The notes under the pieces were generated by a model. That model searched no databases. It saw nothing but the letters and a program-made list of their open reading frames with translations, and had not been told where the DNA came from. Shown here piece after piece: positions 62,901-64,000 of a stretch of 64,000 bases of DNA. The DNA is taken from the NCBI GenBank assembly GCA_010093815.1, contig ML996575.1. One strand, given 5' to 3'. The DNA comes from Pseudovirgaria hyperparasitica (lineage: Eukaryota). Position 1 is the first letter of the stretch. Each line of letters begins with the position of its first letter. Position numbers and translations under genes: made by a program.

Positions 62901-64000
62901 GGCTATAGGCACAAAGAGAGCGACAAACTCTGCTACGGCAATCAGGATAATAGTCATTTACATGTCCAAGGAAGTCCTAGTTCGGTCATAGAAAGAGGAT
63001 ACTGGTCAAAATCGTGCTTCTTATCCGGTCAGGCCATCATCTGTTACTTAGTCCTGTCCAGGCTTAGGATCTACCGTGGTAGTAAGATGATCTATAAATA
63101 AGCACTTTCAAAAAGGCCAAGATTTTGTGATTCTAACGACTATGACCCATCCTTCATTGCCGTCACCCATTAAGCGTTGTACGGGCGCTTAGCACCAGCT
63201 CTAAGTTCAGGATCACTACGGTTCAGAGCCTAGCATCGTTGGATTGTGGAGATCTATTCCTTTCTCTGTAGCCGGCCATTCCACTGCTGCAGTATAGTTT
63301 GACATTTCGTGGTGTCCCATGTGCACATAACATCATCGCGGGTCGCCTCGCTTAGCGTCGTCCTCAGTCCATTCAGCAGCTTCATCAATCAATCCTACTC
63401 CAAATAAGTACTTTGGTGCTTGGCCAACATGAGTTAGGTCTTGTAGACATGTATCCGATAGCCCGGCTCGTACTGATCAGAGCCCATTACAAGATAAACA
63501 AACCCCCACGTTTCCTGATCAGACAAGAGCGCCGTAGCTATATTGAGATCCGTGCAGCGGGGAAGTTTTCACGAGATAAACGTGCCAGTATCCGGAATGG
63601 TCCACTGTTCTAGTCTATCAACGACTTTCGGCCGTAACGCGGAGAAAAGGCCCGTTAGGCGAGTTGTGCCAGTATTCGATCCTCAACCCCGTCTAGAATC
63701 CAGCGATGCTCCATCACTTCAAGGTTTTCCGCTTCATTGAGGAATAGCTTGTCCGGATCCTGGTCCGGACCCATAGCGCCAGGATTAGGATTCATTTGTG
63801 CCATCTGCTGCGTTACTTGATTGGCAGCTAGAAAGGTTGATCAGCGACATTCAATAACGGTTTCGACGCTTCCGAGTACCAATCGGCACACTGTGATGAG
63901 AAAGAGCTATTCTGGGAACTTACAATTATTACTGCCGAGGATGAAGTTGTAGACAGGCTGAAGGCCAAATAATGTTAGGAAATACCATGACAAACTGGAG

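Noticed and set aside
1..64000. Transposons, CRISPR arrays, rRNA, TPP riboswitch
   Set aside because: No transposase, RT or integrase motifs, terminal repeats, spaced direct repeats or aptamer core recognised by eye. Heavily degraded elements cannot be excluded without a repeat-library search.

Overview
Eukaryotic, intron-rich fungal DNA (Pezizomycotina, probably a Dothideomycete; taxonomy is inferred from gene content and short GT..CTRAY..AG introns, not searched). I can reconstruct 17 intact protein genes by hand-splicing: a Yippee/Mis18-like Zn-domain low-complexity protein, JAC1/HscB, YOS9, a cupin, an NmrA-like protein, a glycine-rich RRM protein, a conserved hypothetical, IPP1, MRPL44, SEC20, a secreted oxalate-decarboxylase-type bicupin, a secreted SBP56/methanethiol-oxidase-like propeller, MTD1, MMS19/MET18, an S8 protease, RPF2 and a C2H2 factor. 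Several intergenic blocks hold decayed gene relics, one of them clearly recognisable (60.8-61.9 kb). The most interesting signal lies in the apparent 8-kb gene desert (48-56 kb). Chained minus-strand splice signals join coding pieces of 5, 19, 23 and 22 nt across 1.7 kb into a 22-aa micropeptide (MPKVVAKKVSPCISARPAWMMS) with a long putative 3'UTR, which the ORF track cannot see. Also notable are a possible one-carbon neighbourhood (OxdC-like, MTO-like, MTD1) and a cryptic targeting extension on IPP1. No tRNA, rRNA, CRISPR array or intact transposon was found. All splice models are manual and need RNA evidence.
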